Of a DNA stretch of 64,000 nucleotides, positions 9,054 through 19,443 are shown piece after piece. A program made the position numbers and the translations under genes. Under the pieces are notes generated by a model. That model made no database searches. It saw nothing but the letters and a program-made list of their open reading frames with translations, and was not told the origin of the DNA. This stretch comes from Planctomycetota bacterium. Its GTDB lineage: Bacteria > Planctomycetota > GCA-002687715 > CAIWVZ01. The stretch covers positions 192,001 through 256,000 of the forward strand of contig JBGANV010000005.1 of assembly GCA_044222185.1 (NCBI GenBank). The letters are read 5' to 3'. Each line of letters starts with the position of its first letter. Position 1 is the stretch's first letter.

Positions 9054-9731
9054 ATGTGCGGACGCACGACGCTCATCCATCCTGATCCCATCGACCTGCG
9101 CGCCGTATTCGGACTCGAGGTCGACCCGCCCGACGACATGCCCTCGCGGTTCAACATCGCGCCGACGCAGGCGATGCCGGTCGTCACGGGGGGACACCCG
9201 CGGCAGCTCTCGCTTTTCCGGTGGGGACTCATCCCGTCCTGGGCCAAGGACCCATCCATCGGAAACAAGATGATCAACGCTCGCGCCGAGACGATCGCCG
9301 AGAAGCCGTCGTTCCGGACGGCGCTGCGGAAACGCCGTTGCCTCGTCGTCGCCGACGGCTGGTACGAGTGGCAACAGACCCCCGACGGCAAGCAGCCGTG
9401 GCACTTCCGCCGCAAGGACGGCAAGCCGTTCGGCCTCGCGGGCCTCTGGGAAGTCTGGAAGAGCGAGAACGGCGAGATGGTCCACAGTTGCACCATCGTG
9501 ACGACGTCGCCCAACGCGATCGCCGCGCCGATCCACGACCGGATGCCCGTCGTCCTGCCACCGAAGGCGTTCGACCTGTGGCTGGGTGAAGTGGACGTGG
9601 AACTCGGGGAGCTGCTGAAGCTTCTGGTGCCTTCCGATCCCGAGGATCTGATCGTCTACCCGGTGTCGAAGGCCGTGAACAACGCGCGCCGGGACGACTC
9701 GGAATGCGTCCGTCCGCTGGACGCAGGCTGA
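9054..9731 (+). CDS. SRAP family abasic-site processing protein (YedK/HMCES-like)
   Basis: N-terminal MCGR (catalytic Cys2), RFNIAPTQ, WGLIPSW, INARAET, GWYEW, HDRMP. Confidence 0.95.
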   Translation: MCGRTTLIHPDPIDLRAVFGLEVDPPDDMPSRFNIAPTQAMPVVTGGHPRQLSLFRWGLIPSWAKDPSIGNKMINARAETIAEKPSFRTALRKRRCLVVADGWYEWQQTPDGKQPWHFRRKDGKPFGLAGLWEVWKSENGEMVHSCTIVTTSPNAIAAPIHDRMPVVLPPKAFDLWLGEVDVELGELLKLLVPSDPEDLIVYPVSKAVNNARRDDSECVRPLDAG

Positions 9732-9855
9732 GGCTGGAGCCCGAGGGAACGGTGCCTCTCCCCCACCGGGAACATCCGGGGCACGGCCCGCGTTCTGCGT
9801 AGACTGCGCGCCTCGAGAGGCGCGCGAACCCGCCTCGAGAAGGAGTCATCCGACC

Positions 9856-10413
9856 ATGAAACGAACCCTGTCGATCGTCGCGCTCGCCCTCGCCGTCATC
9901 GCCCCCACGCTCTCCGCCCAGAAGATGGGGATGAGCAACAACAACGCCCCGACGTGCACGTCCGCCATCGCATTCGGCGAGAAGGGCTCCGTCGAGATCA
10001 AGTACACGGCCATCACCTGGGGCGCCGGCGCCTGGGCGAAGCAGATCACCGATCCGCAGCGCGGCGAGCGCATGCGCGACCGCATCAACAAGACCGCCGA
10101 GGCGCAGCCGCTCGGCGAGCTGAAGGCTTCAGCCGACGTCACCATCGGCGGCAAGAAGGTCGCCGCGGGCACGTACAAGCTCTACTTCACGGTCGACAAG
10201 GACGCGAAGTGGACGCTCGTCCTCGCGGGCAAGGAGTCGAAGATCGAGTGGCTCCTCGACCTGAAGGAAGGTACGGAGAACAGCCGCCTCGGACTGGCGC
10301 TCGCCGCGGGCAAGGAAGACGACACGGGCGAGTTCACCGTGCAGTTCGGCAAGATGAACTGCAAGATCGCCTGCTCGGCGGGCGCCGCCGCCGAGAAGAA
10401 GGAAGCGAAGTGA
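9856..10413 (+). CDS. Secreted DUF2911-like protein
   Basis: Signal peptide; VEIKY...W, DVTIGGKKVAAGTYKLYF...WTLVL; AGGAG RBS. Confidence 0.65.
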   Translation: MKRTLSIVALALAVIAPTLSAQKMGMSNNNAPTCTSAIAFGEKGSVEIKYTAITWGAGAWAKQITDPQRGERMRDRINKTAEAQPLGELKASADVTIGGKKVAAGTYKLYFTVDKDAKWTLVLAGKESKIEWLLDLKEGTENSRLGLALAAGKEDDTGEFTVQFGKMNCKIACSAGAAAEKKEAK

Positions 10414-10425
10414 CGCGTCGGCGCG

Positions 10426-11196
10426 TCACGCGCCGATGAAGAACGTCCGCGCGTTCGAGACCGCGAACCCGCCCGGTGCAGCAGTATCGAGGACGAGCGC
10501 CTGGAAGGCCCCTTGGATCCCGGCGAGGTTCACGAGCTGCGGGATCGGGAAGTTGAACGTCGTCGTGCCACCGGCTCCCAGCGTCTGGGGGCCGGTCGGC
10601 GTCAGGCCGAGCCCGATCAACGCGTTGAGCGCCACCGGCTCGAGGAAGAGCGAGCACGTCGTCGAGATGGGCGTCGCCGCAGCCGTGCCCGTCGAGAGGA
10701 AGAGGTAGGCCGCGGCTCCCGCAGGCCCCGTCCCGACCGTGAAGCCGAACGTCGCGTTGCCGATCTTCGGCAGGCCGTTGGCCGTGAGCGTGAGCGCGCC
10801 CGTGCTCGTGTTGCAGCCCGTCCCCACGGCGACGCTCGTCGCCGGTTGCAGCACGTGGATCGTTCCCGTCATGCCGTTCCCGAAGTGCGGCTGGCAGTGA
10901 TAGGGGAACGTTCCCAGCGTCGTGAACGTGCGCGAGAACGGCGTGTTCGGATTGATCGACGCGTTGAACAGCGATCCCGCACCCGCCGCCGACGGCCCCG
11001 TGCCCGACGTGACCGTGTGATTCTGCGACTGCGCGATCCACTGGATCGTGTCATTCACGGGGATGATGGTCGTGCTCGTACCGGTGCCGACGTCCGTGAA
11101 GGTGCAGCACACGGCGTTCACGACGTGTGTCGACTGGGCCGGCGCAACGGATGACAGGGCGATGATTGTGAGCGCGAGGGCGGTGATCGGTCTCAT
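10426..11196 (-). CDS. Secreted plastocyanin-like blue copper protein with a conserved C-terminal domain
   Basis: Signal peptide MRPITALALTIIALSSVAPAQ; type 1 Cu ligands HTVT and YHCQPH...GM. Confidence 0.85.
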   Translation of the reverse strand: MRPITALALTIIALSSVAPAQSTHVVNAVCCTFTDVGTGTSTTIIPVNDTIQWIAQSQNHTVTSGTGPSAAGAGSLFNASINPNTPFSRTFTTLGTFPYHCQPHFGNGMTGTIHVLQPATSVAVGTGCNTSTGALTLTANGLPKIGNATFGFTVGTGPAGAAAYLFLSTGTAAATPISTTCSLFLEPVALNALIGLGLTPTGPQTLGAGGTTTFNFPIPQLVNLAGIQGAFQALVLDTAAPGGFAVSNARTFFIGA

Positions 11197-11525
11197 GTGG
11201 GGGTCTCTCTCCGTGGATGGGGGCGACGCAGGCGGTCCGTGAGCCCGCGGGGACGGGTACGTCTCGGTCCAGCGCACGATCGGCGACTGCATGGCGACAC
11301 GTTCGCAACTCGTGTGCCGCAGCTCCCCCGGGGATGAGGAGGGCCCGATCCTACCTCAGGCCCTACCGCCGTCGACCGCCGCGAAGCCGCGGCGATCGAC
11401 GCGAAAACAGCCCGGGCGGGGCCGGCGGAGAGGCCAGAGATTCCGCCGGTTCACGGGTCGCCCTGAGCGATCGGGTCAACCCGCCCGCCGTAAACGCGTT
11501 GCCCCCTGTCAACGTCACCGAGCGT

Positions 11526-13274
11526 TCAGTGAACGTCCAGGAGAACCGCATTCGAGACACGGAACGCGCCGTCATGGACGACGAACTGGAGCGCCGCCTG
11601 GAGCGGGAACGGTATTCCGCCGGGCACCGTGAATGACCAGGGCGCGGGCGTCGCCCCGGGAATCACCGCTGCCGGATTCGAGGGTGAGAAGCTGTCGGCG
11701 AAGAGGAACAGATTCGGCTGAGTGGGGGCGAGGACCGACGGAGTGAAACAGAGAGTGCCGATCTGAGGGAACACGCCGTACACGTCCGCAGGTCCGGGGA
11801 CTCCGGCGGCCCCGAACCCGAGGAACGGCACGCCCGTGTGGTTCGGCGTCGGTGCGACGGAGAACGTGAGCGTTTGCGAGAGCGCGACGTCCACGCGCCG
11901 TGGCTTGCCGCCGGAAGACCCGTTGATCGTGAGGATGTTCGCGCCAGCGTTCCCAGCCGCGCACGACTGCAGGAACGCTCCGAACGACACGACGTAGTAG
12001 GTGCCCGTGTTGGACCCGACCGCCGGTGGGTCCGTTCGCGGCGCACCGACGATGATGTCGTCGAATCCGTCGTTGTCGGCGTCCCCCGCACCGTCGACGC
12101 TGTATCCCATGAGGTCGTCCTGCGCGAAACCCGTGATGCGTCCCAGTTCCTGTCCGGTCGTGCCGTCATAGACGAACGCCGCGCCGCAGTTCGTGTTGGG
12201 GACGTCGTGGCCCGGAACGGCCGCGACGATGTCCGGCACGCCATCACCGTTGACGTCACCCGCACTCTTGACGAGTCGCCCCAGGGCCTCAGTCGTCACT
12301 TCGCCGAAGATGGAATAGAGGGGCAAGCGAGTGGCCCCGGAGAAGACCCGGATCATGCCGGAATCAGTGCCGCCGCCGTCGCTCCCCGTGGCGCCCACCG
12401 CGTAATCGGAGATCCCATCGCCATTCACGTCGCCGATCCTTCCTGCCGACACTCCGAGGAAGTCGCTCGGCGCGTCGCCATAGTTGACGGTGAGGAGCCC
12501 CCCCGTGGCGCCCGAGTAGACGTAAAAGGCGCCGGTGTCCGTGCCGGCGGGCCCGTCGGCGAGTCGCGCGCCGACCCCGTAGTCCGGGATGGAATCGCCG
12601 TCGATGTCGCCGAGCCCGAGCACGGAATAGCCGTACGCCTCGCCGGTGATGGGCCCGGTGTGCGCGCGCAGCACGAGCCCCGTGGCGCCCGAATAGATCG
12701 TGGCTGAGTTCCCCGCATCACCGCCGCCGGTGATGAAATCCGCACGCCCGTCCAGATCGAAGTCTCCAAGCGGTGATGCCTGGCTCTGCGAGAGCGAACT
12801 CTGACCGCCCAGGGGCTTCTGGTGAATCAGGCTCCCCGTGGCGCCCGAGTAGACGAACACGGCGGGGATGAACGGTCCGGGGCCGGTCGGCAACGGCGGC
12901 GTCGTCATGGGAGCAATCACCATGATGTCCGGCCGGCCGTCCCCATCGACGTCGCCCGGACTGCCGAAGGCGCGTCCGAGCATGGCGCCATTGGCCGGTC
13001 CTTGGAACGTGTACAGAACGGCCCACGTCGCGCCCGAAATTACATAGGCGATCCCGCCCTGCGACGTGTTGTTCGCCGCGACGTGCTGCGGCGCGCCCAC
13101 GATGAAATCCCGAGTGCCGTCGTTGTCGACGTCAGGAAGCCCGCCCACGCCCATTCCCAGGAAATCGCCGGCGACGAACCCGTCGCCCGAGTGGATCACA
13201 TGGGGCGCCTGTCCCAGGCCCGTCACCCCGATCCACGCCACGAACGCCGCGACCTGTACGCTGATTGACCTCAT
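11526..13274 (-). CDS. Secreted integrin-alpha-like FG-GAP protein
   Basis: Signal peptide from MRSISVQ; repeats GDVDGDGRPD, GDVNGDG..D, VGAP, AFVYSGATG. Confidence 0.88.
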   Translation of the reverse strand: MRSISVQVAAFVAWIGVTGLGQAPHVIHSGDGFVAGDFLGMGVGGLPDVDNDGTRDFIVGAPQHVAANNTSQGGIAYVISGATWAVLYTFQGPANGAMLGRAFGSPGDVDGDGRPDIMVIAPMTTPPLPTGPGPFIPAVFVYSGATGSLIHQKPLGGQSSLSQSQASPLGDFDLDGRADFITGGGDAGNSATIYSGATGLVLRAHTGPITGEAYGYSVLGLGDIDGDSIPDYGVGARLADGPAGTDTGAFYVYSGATGGLLTVNYGDAPSDFLGVSAGRIGDVNGDGISDYAVGATGSDGGGTDSGMIRVFSGATRLPLYSIFGEVTTEALGRLVKSAGDVNGDGVPDIVAAVPGHDVPNTNCGAAFVYDGTTGQELGRITGFAQDDLMGYSVDGAGDADNDGFDDIIVGAPRTDPPAVGSNTGTYYVVSFGAFLQSCAAGNAGANILTINGSSGGKPRRVDVALSQTLTFSVAPTPNHTGVPFLGFGAAGVPGPADVYGVFPQIGTLCFTPSVLAPTQPNLFLFADSFSPSNPAAVIPGATPAPWSFTVPGGIPFPLQAALQFVVHDGAFRVSNAVLLDVH

Positions 13275-13413
13275 GATGACCTCGCTCGAACTCATCCACG
13301 TGGCAGCGGACCACCAGCAGGGGCTCGTGGCCACCGGAACGCGCCCGGGGCCGAGCCCCGTCCGACGGCCGGGCATCATGCCATGAAAAACACGCCCTGG
13401 TGGATCCTGCGAC

Positions 13414-16400
13414 TCAGCAGACGACGGCTTCGCGCACGCGCTCGAGCCGCCGTCGAGGATCGGCGGGCCCCAGCAGGGAAAGGGTGCGCACCGCCCGTGC
13501 GCAGATTCCGGCGGCGCGGGTGATGGCCCGCGCCGACTGCCACGCTGCAATCGATCGATCCACGAAGCGGTCGTCATCGGTCACGAGCGCCAGGCCGGCG
13601 AGCGCCAGGGCCTTCGCCTCGAAGGCTCGCCAGTTGCGGTCGCAATCCGTCGTGAGGGCGTCGGCCTTCGCAAGCGACGACTCGAACGCTGCGCGCGCAC
13701 GAGCGGGATCCTTGGCGCGCAGGGCGATCACGCCATCGAGGGCCAGAACGAGGTGGTTCGTCCGAGGCACGTTCAGCTTGAGCGCCGGGTCGAGCGCCAC
13801 CCGCGCCGACGTCAGATCGCCCGTGCAAAGGTGCGCTCGGGCCAGGCCCGCGCGAGCCAGGACCGCGAACTGGGGATTGACCGTCTCGTCGGCGATCGTC
13901 GCCGCGTCCGTGAATGCCGCGATCGCCGCCTCCCATTCCTCGCCATCGGCCAGGATCTCGCCGATGTAGGTCTGGCAGACCGACTCGCCATAGCGGAACT
14001 TCTCCGCCACGGCGGCCTTCCTCGACTCCTCGCACAACTTCAGCGCCGTCGCGCGGTCGCCCAGATCGTTCGTCCGCGCGCCGAGGTTGGCGCGTGCGAT
14101 CAGGGCACCCGTGGCGTTCTTCGCCTCGATGTCGATGTTCAACGCCTCTTCATGGGTCTTCGCCGCACGCTCCATCTCGCCCAGATCCGCGAGGACGAAT
14201 GCAAGGTTGTTCAGGAGCGAGCCGTCCGTGACGTGGTCGCCGAGCTCTCGCACGCCGCGCACGGCGGACTCGAAGAGAGCGGCTGCCATGTGGGGCTGCC
14301 CGAGGTCCCCGTAGACGTTCGCCACCTCGCCCGTGACGGCCGACCTGTCCCACTTGCGCCGCACCGCGACGTCGGGATCCGCCGATGTGACGCCCGCCTC
14401 GGCGAGATCGAGCGCGACCTTCAAGGCTTCGAGCGCGTCGATGTAGCGAGCAATCCGGTACCAGGCCCAGCCGAGCATGCGGTGGCAGACGATCCGGAGT
14501 TCGTCGTTCGTCACGCCGCCGACGGCACGGCGGAACAAGTCGATGACGAGCCGGTAGTAGCCCCACCGATCCAGGTCCCACGCGATGTCGAGCAAGGCCT
14601 GCGCAGCCATGTCGCCGTCATGGCCCGCCAACCGCAGCTCGAACTCGGCGATCTGCGGAGCCACGTCGTCGATGGACGTCCACGTCTCGCGCGGTTTGCG
14701 GACCTGGTGGAAGTACCCGGCGCCGCGATGGAGGAGCGCGTACTGCGTGAACGGCGGATCGTCTTCGATCCGACGATCCTCCGGCTTGCCCACGGGAATG
14801 CGCCGGAACGCGTAGGCGCGGTCGACGGGGTGAACGTAGTAGCGATTCTTGTCCTTGCTCGCGAAGTGCATGACGACGAGGCGATTGAGCACCGCCGTGC
14901 TGTCCTGACCGGGCGCATGCGGCTTGAGGAGGAAGTCCACGGCCGCTGGCGTGGCCGGCCGCCCGAAGATCGCGAGCGCCTGCATCACGCGCTCGGCCGC
15001 GGTATCGAGGCGGTTGAACGCCTCGCCGACGAGCGCCTCGACGACGTTCTCGGGAAGCAACTGCCGCGTGTCGCCGAGGATCTCCTGCAAGGTCGTGTAG
15101 CGGTCCGCCGAAAGGATGGCGTAGAGGGCCTCGAGCGCGCGGGGATAACCCTGCGTGCGCCGCCGTGCTTCATCGAGCAGGGCCGGCGGGCCGTCGCGGA
15201 GCCCGAGCGACCCATCCGCATCCATCTGCTGGAGCAGCCGCTCGGCGTACGGCGACTCCAACCCCTTGTCGAGCTCCAGCCGGGCCTGCCGGCCCGGTTG
15301 AACGAGCATGAGATCCCTCGGCGCGAGCCGCGTCGTGATGATCACCTTCACGCCGTGATGCGGAGCGTTCAGGTGCGCGCGGAGCGCCTCGCTCAGCTCG
15401 GGATCTCGAATCGCGGTCGTCGTCGGGTCGACGATGTCCTCGAAGTTGTCCATCAGGAGCAGCGTGCGTCCTTGGGGGAACGCCCCGAGAAGCAACCGCA
15501 TCTTCTGGTCCGTCGTCGTCTGCGGGTCCTTGTGCGCCACGGCCATCTGGGCGGCGACGGGTTCGGGCAGCAACTTGCAGAGATCGCTGAAGACGTTGGG
15601 GACGGTGATGCGGCGCGCGCCCTCGGAGCTCAGATAGACGATGCCGTCCACGTCGATCGTCTCGCCGCCATCTGGCATCTGTCCGTTCTCGAGCGCCTTC
15701 AGGACGCGGCAGACCATCGCCGTCTTGCCGACGCCGGGTCGTCCGACGACGACCAGGAGGCGGCGCGAGTCGTCCTTCAAGAAGTCCCCCACGAGCTTCG
15801 TTTCCACGTGGCGGTCCTGGAAGTAGATCGGCGCGATGCTCGGTGGAGGGTTGATGAACCGGAGCGACGCGGAGCCGCGCGCGGGCGTCGTCGCATTGCG
15901 TTCATGTGCGAACCCACGACTGATCACCTCGTCCACGCGAGCCGCCGCGGCCTTCGGGTCGGCCAGGACGCGACTCAGCTCTGCGGATTGCCGCTCGAGA
16001 TCGGCGATCTCCGCTCGGACCCGCGCCTCGGATGCCGGATCGTTCGCGCGGCGTAGATCGCGCTCGGCATCCTTCATCCGCTCGCGCATCCCCTGAAGAA
16101 CGCCTTCGGGCGAGCGTCGCCATGCGAGGTCGGCGACGAGCTTCGCCACGCCCTTGTCGAAGTCGCCCGTGAAGTTCACGTGCTGGCGGCCATCGAGCCG
16201 GAATGGCATCTCCGCATCCCTGTGCACGAGCAACGGAAGGATCGGCTTCTTGTACTTCAGGCCCCGCGACCACTCCTGAGTGCAGACGGAGCGGTCGTCG
16301 ACACTGTCCCGCGTCATGACGAACAGGACGGTCTCGCACTCGCGGATCGCGTCCACGAGCTGTCCGTCCCAGCGGTAGCCGACCCTCAGCCGCTCCTTGT

Positions 16401-16509
16401 CGAGCCAGGTGGTCTCGGGCGGAGTCGCCGCGGCAAGCGCCGCGCACAGCCGTTGCGCGAACTCGAAGCCGTCCACGGCCGAGTAGCTCACGAAATGATG
16501 GGTAGTCAT
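13414..16509 (-). CDS. TIR domain - STAND (NB-ARC-like) NTPase - TPR protein
   Basis: TIR: HFVSYS, TWLDK..LRVG..W, SVCTQEW, PILPL. Coiled coil follows. Walker A GRPGVGKT, Walker B LLLMDNFED, VIITTR, GYPRALE (GxP); C-terminal TPRs (LNNLA...GE...A...EEAL). Confidence 0.9.
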   Translation of the reverse strand: MTTHHFVSYSAVDGFEFAQRLCAALAAATPPETTWLDKERLRVGYRWDGQLVDAIRECETVLFVMTRDSVDDRSVCTQEWSRGLKYKKPILPLLVHRDAEMPFRLDGRQHVNFTGDFDKGVAKLVADLAWRRSPEGVLQGMRERMKDAERDLRRANDPASEARVRAEIADLERQSAELSRVLADPKAAAARVDEVISRGFAHERNATTPARGSASLRFINPPPSIAPIYFQDRHVETKLVGDFLKDDSRRLLVVVGRPGVGKTAMVCRVLKALENGQMPDGGETIDVDGIVYLSSEGARRITVPNVFSDLCKLLPEPVAAQMAVAHKDPQTTTDQKMRLLLGAFPQGRTLLLMDNFEDIVDPTTTAIRDPELSEALRAHLNAPHHGVKVIITTRLAPRDLMLVQPGRQARLELDKGLESPYAERLLQQMDADGSLGLRDGPPALLDEARRRTQGYPRALEALYAILSADRYTTLQEILGDTRQLLPENVVEALVGEAFNRLDTAAERVMQALAIFGRPATPAAVDFLLKPHAPGQDSTAVLNRLVVMHFASKDKNRYYVHPVDRAYAFRRIPVGKPEDRRIEDDPPFTQYALLHRGAGYFHQVRKPRETWTSIDDVAPQIAEFELRLAGHDGDMAAQALLDIAWDLDRWGYYRLVIDLFRRAVGGVTNDELRIVCHRMLGWAWYRIARYIDALEALKVALDLAEAGVTSADPDVAVRRKWDRSAVTGEVANVYGDLGQPHMAAALFESAVRGVRELGDHVTDGSLLNNLAFVLADLGEMERAAKTHEEALNIDIEAKNATGALIARANLGARTNDLGDRATALKLCEESRKAAVAEKFRYGESVCQTYIGEILADGEEWEAAIAAFTDAATIADETVNPQFAVLARAGLARAHLCTGDLTSARVALDPALKLNVPRTNHLVLALDGVIALRAKDPARARAAFESSLAKADALTTDCDRNWRAFEAKALALAGLALVTDDDRFVDRSIAAWQSARAITRAAGICARAVRTLSLLGPADPRRRLERVREAVVC

Positions 16510-17021
16510 CGCTCGACGCGCGGCGCGGTGAGTCTCGGCGCCGATGTCAGGCCGACATTCTCGGCGTTCGGTCGTCCCGCGCAACGTCCAAGCGGCTTGA
16601 TGCCCGTCCGAGAAACGAAACGAGGGGCGAACGGAGCCACCGTCGAATGAACGCAGCCTCGAGCCGATACCCCGGCCCGCCGGTCGCGATCCAGACCCGC
16701 GGTGCGCTCCCACGGCCTCGGTTCCCCCCGGGCTTCATGCCCGACGATCGCGCCGATCGTGCGATTCCGCCCTGGCGAGGGTGTGCGCGCGGACCGCCTG
16801 GCGATTCCACCGTCACCGCGGCGCCCATGGCGGCCCGCATCCGGGTCGGTGCACGAGACTCGACGGAGTTCCGGTAGGATCCACGGCGCCGCCATGAAGC
16901 CCTTCCCCACCTGCCGCTTCGCGCCTCGACCGTGGGAGTGCATCGGTCTTGCCACCGACCGCCGACGCCGGAGTTGCGGAGCGCCGGATCGAAGGCACTT
17001 CGGGATCGATCGGAGCCTTCG

Positions 17022-18713
17022 ATGAACTCACCGTCACGACGCGACCGACTACGGACCAAGAGCATCCCTGCCGCGGCGACGGCCTGCGTCGTATCCATCC
17101 TCGCCATGATGGCGCCGGCCCAGGACCTTCTCCGACCACGCATCTCGGCAACGCTCGTGGGCGGGGCGCGGACGTTCGCCACGTCCGGGGATTTCACCAA
17201 TGATGGGTTGCCCGACCTCATCCTGTTCGGTGCGAACGTCGGTCCCGAACTCGTCGCGAACCCAGGCCTCGCCACCAGCCAGCAACTCGCGGCGGCACAG
17301 GCGATCTTTCCAGGGCTTTCCGGATTCGCGGCCGCGATCACGCAGGTCTCGGCCGCCCGGCTGGACGGCGACCCGAATCTCGACCTCCTGTTCGTCGGCG
17401 CCGACATCAACGGGTCGGGCACGACCGTGTGGACCGCACTCGGGAACGGCGACGGCACCTTCCAGGCGCCGCAGTTCGCGTTCGCCGTGTCGGCGGGGCT
17501 CGCCACCGGGACCGCCGGCTTCGACGTCTTCGACTTCGACCGCGACGGCCGCGATGACGTCCTCGAGCACGTGCGGATCCCCATCACGGTGGGCGGCGAC
17601 TTGATGCTGTGGCGGATCCGAATGAACAGCTGGCCGGTCTTCTCCGCCGGGACGGTGTTCCAAACCACAGGCTTCGGCATTCCCGCGATGGGAGACTTCA
17701 ACGGCGATGGCGTCCCCGACTTCGTGCGCGCTCCGCAAAACACCCTCGGGGCGCCGTTCCTCGCGGTCTACTCGGTCACCGCTTCCGGCAACTTCGTGAA
17801 CTGGCCGCCGATTGGCGTCCCGGCGGCCGTGCAGCTGGACGATGCGGGGCGCGTCACCGTGGGCGATGTGAACGCCGACGGCTTCTCCGACGTGGTGTTC
17901 GCCGCGACGGCTCCGCCTTTGGTCGGCCCCGCGATCTGCTTTGGAAACGCGGCCGGTCTGGGCCCCGCCCAGTGGACCTCGTCGGTCCTACCGCCGGGAG
18001 CATCGCTGGCATCGGCTCAGGTCGTCGACTGCGACGGCGATGGGATCTCGGACGTCCTCATGACCACTCGAACGCCGCAGTCGCCCGCGGGAGGCGTCGG
18101 CCCGACCGTCGACGGCGTGTCGTTCCTCCGCGGCTTGGGATCGGGGGTGCTTCAAGCACCGCCACATCGGCTGGCAGCCGACGCACTCGTGCCGGTCGGC
18201 TCCGTGACGCAAACGGCCATCGGAGACTTCGACTCCGACGGCGACGTCGAAATCGTCACCATCAGGCGAACGGTCGGAGCGGCGAACCCGACCACGACAC
18301 TCGTCGTGTTCGACGATCACAGCTTCGACGCTCGCGGTTGCTCCGGTGGGGCGGGCCTGCCGACGCTCGATGCAACGACGCCGTCGCTCGGGAATCTCGC
18401 GTTCGAGGTCGTCGTCACCGGGGCCCCGCTTCGACCGACGGTCCTCGGCCTGTCGCGTGCGTCGACGTCCGGGATCGGTTGCGGGATCGGGCTGAGCCTC
18501 GCGGTGCCGGACATCATCCTGCCGATCGGCGTGCTCGGGACATCGACGACGGACGGCGCCGGCCGGGCGTCGTTTCCGCTGCCGATCCCGAACCTGCCCC
18601 AGCTCGCCGCGAGCTACTTCCTGCAGGCGGCGATCGAAGACCCGACAGGCACGTTCCCCGCGGGCGGAGCGAGTCTCGCCTTGACTCGCACACGCCAGCT
18701 CCTGGTGTTCTGA
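17022..18713 (+). CDS. Secreted FG-GAP repeat protein with a conserved C-terminal domain
   Basis: GGAG RBS and signal peptide ending APAQ; GDFTNDGLPD, GDFNGDGVPD, GDVNADGFSD repeats. Confidence 0.85.
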   Translation: MNSPSRRDRLRTKSIPAAATACVVSILAMMAPAQDLLRPRISATLVGGARTFATSGDFTNDGLPDLILFGANVGPELVANPGLATSQQLAAAQAIFPGLSGFAAAITQVSAARLDGDPNLDLLFVGADINGSGTTVWTALGNGDGTFQAPQFAFAVSAGLATGTAGFDVFDFDRDGRDDVLEHVRIPITVGGDLMLWRIRMNSWPVFSAGTVFQTTGFGIPAMGDFNGDGVPDFVRAPQNTLGAPFLAVYSVTASGNFVNWPPIGVPAAVQLDDAGRVTVGDVNADGFSDVVFAATAPPLVGPAICFGNAAGLGPAQWTSSVLPPGASLASAQVVDCDGDGISDVLMTTRTPQSPAGGVGPTVDGVSFLRGLGSGVLQAPPHRLAADALVPVGSVTQTAIGDFDSDGDVEIVTIRRTVGAANPTTTLVVFDDHSFDARGCSGGAGLPTLDATTPSLGNLAFEVVVTGAPLRPTVLGLSRASTSGIGCGIGLSLAVPDIILPIGVLGTSTTDGAGRASFPLPIPNLPQLAASYFLQAAIEDPTGTFPAGGASLALTRTRQLLVF

Positions 18714-18777
18714 TCGCAGAGCCGCGGGCGCAGCATCCGCGCCGTCGAGGACCAGCCGGTGAATCCTGACGCGCGCG

Positions 18778-19443
18778 TCAAGACGAAGGCTGGTCGCGTC
18801 GCGCGGCCATGGGTGCAGGCGAACGTCGATGCGGCCCTCCAGGCTCCGGCGCGCAGCGGCGGGCGGTCAGATGCCATCCATAGGCGAACGTGGGCCGGTG
18901 AAGCGGTGCCATCGCGCGCGTGAGCGCCGTCGCGAGCCGCCTGATCGTCGGATGCCGCGCGAGCCACGAGTACGTCTCGCCGATCAGGGAAACTTCGCCC
19001 ACGTCGAATCCGGCGGCCTCGACGTGTGCGATGAACGCCGCGCGCGTGAACCGCTGCACGTGAGGCACGGGCTCGCCCTTCGTGACGCGAAAGACCAGCT
19101 TCCAGAGCTTGTACACGTTGTCGGAGAACGACCACCCGTTCGGCACGGCGACGACGAGCCAGCCGCCCGGCCGGATCACTCGCGCGGCCTCCGCAAGCAG
19201 CCGCTCCGGCGCGTGAACGTGCTCGAGGACGTGGTTGCAGACAACTCCGTCGAACGCGGCATCGGTGAACGGGAGCGCGCGACCGTCCAGCTCGGCGACG
19301 ACCCGGTGAGGTGCCGTTCCGCGTCTCGGGTCACGATCGACGGCCACGTGGAGCGACGGGGCCAGCGATTCGATGGTCCGCGACGACGCCGGATCGAGCG
19401 TGCTCCCAGGCCCCGCACCAAGATCGAGGACGCGCTCCCTCAT
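18778..19443 (-). CDS. Class I SAM-dependent methyltransferase
   Basis: VLDLGAGPG, LPFTDAAFDGVVCNHVLEHV, RVIRPGG; ATG overlaps the kinase stop (ATGA). Confidence 0.88.
   Translation of the reverse strand: MRERVLDLGAGPGSTLDPASSRTIESLAPSLHVAVDRDPRRGTAPHRVVAELDGRALPFTDAAFDGVVCNHVLEHVHAPERLLAEAARVIRPGGWLVVAVPNGWSFSDNVYKLWKLVFRVTKGEPVPHVQRFTRAAFIAHVEAAGFDVGEVSLIGETYSWLARHPTIRRLATALTRAMAPLHRPTFAYGWHLTARRCAPEPGGPHRRSPAPMAARRDQPSS

Noticed and set aside
7602-9536. 644-aa ORF as one protein
   Set aside because: Its 5' two-thirds is antisense to the SRAP gene and runs through the repeat cluster; only the last ~220 codons look like a protein.
10410-10429. Hairpin GTGACGCG-TCGG-CGCGTCAC spanning two convergent stop codons
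   Set aside because: It could aid bidirectional termination but has no U-tract and is too short to call.
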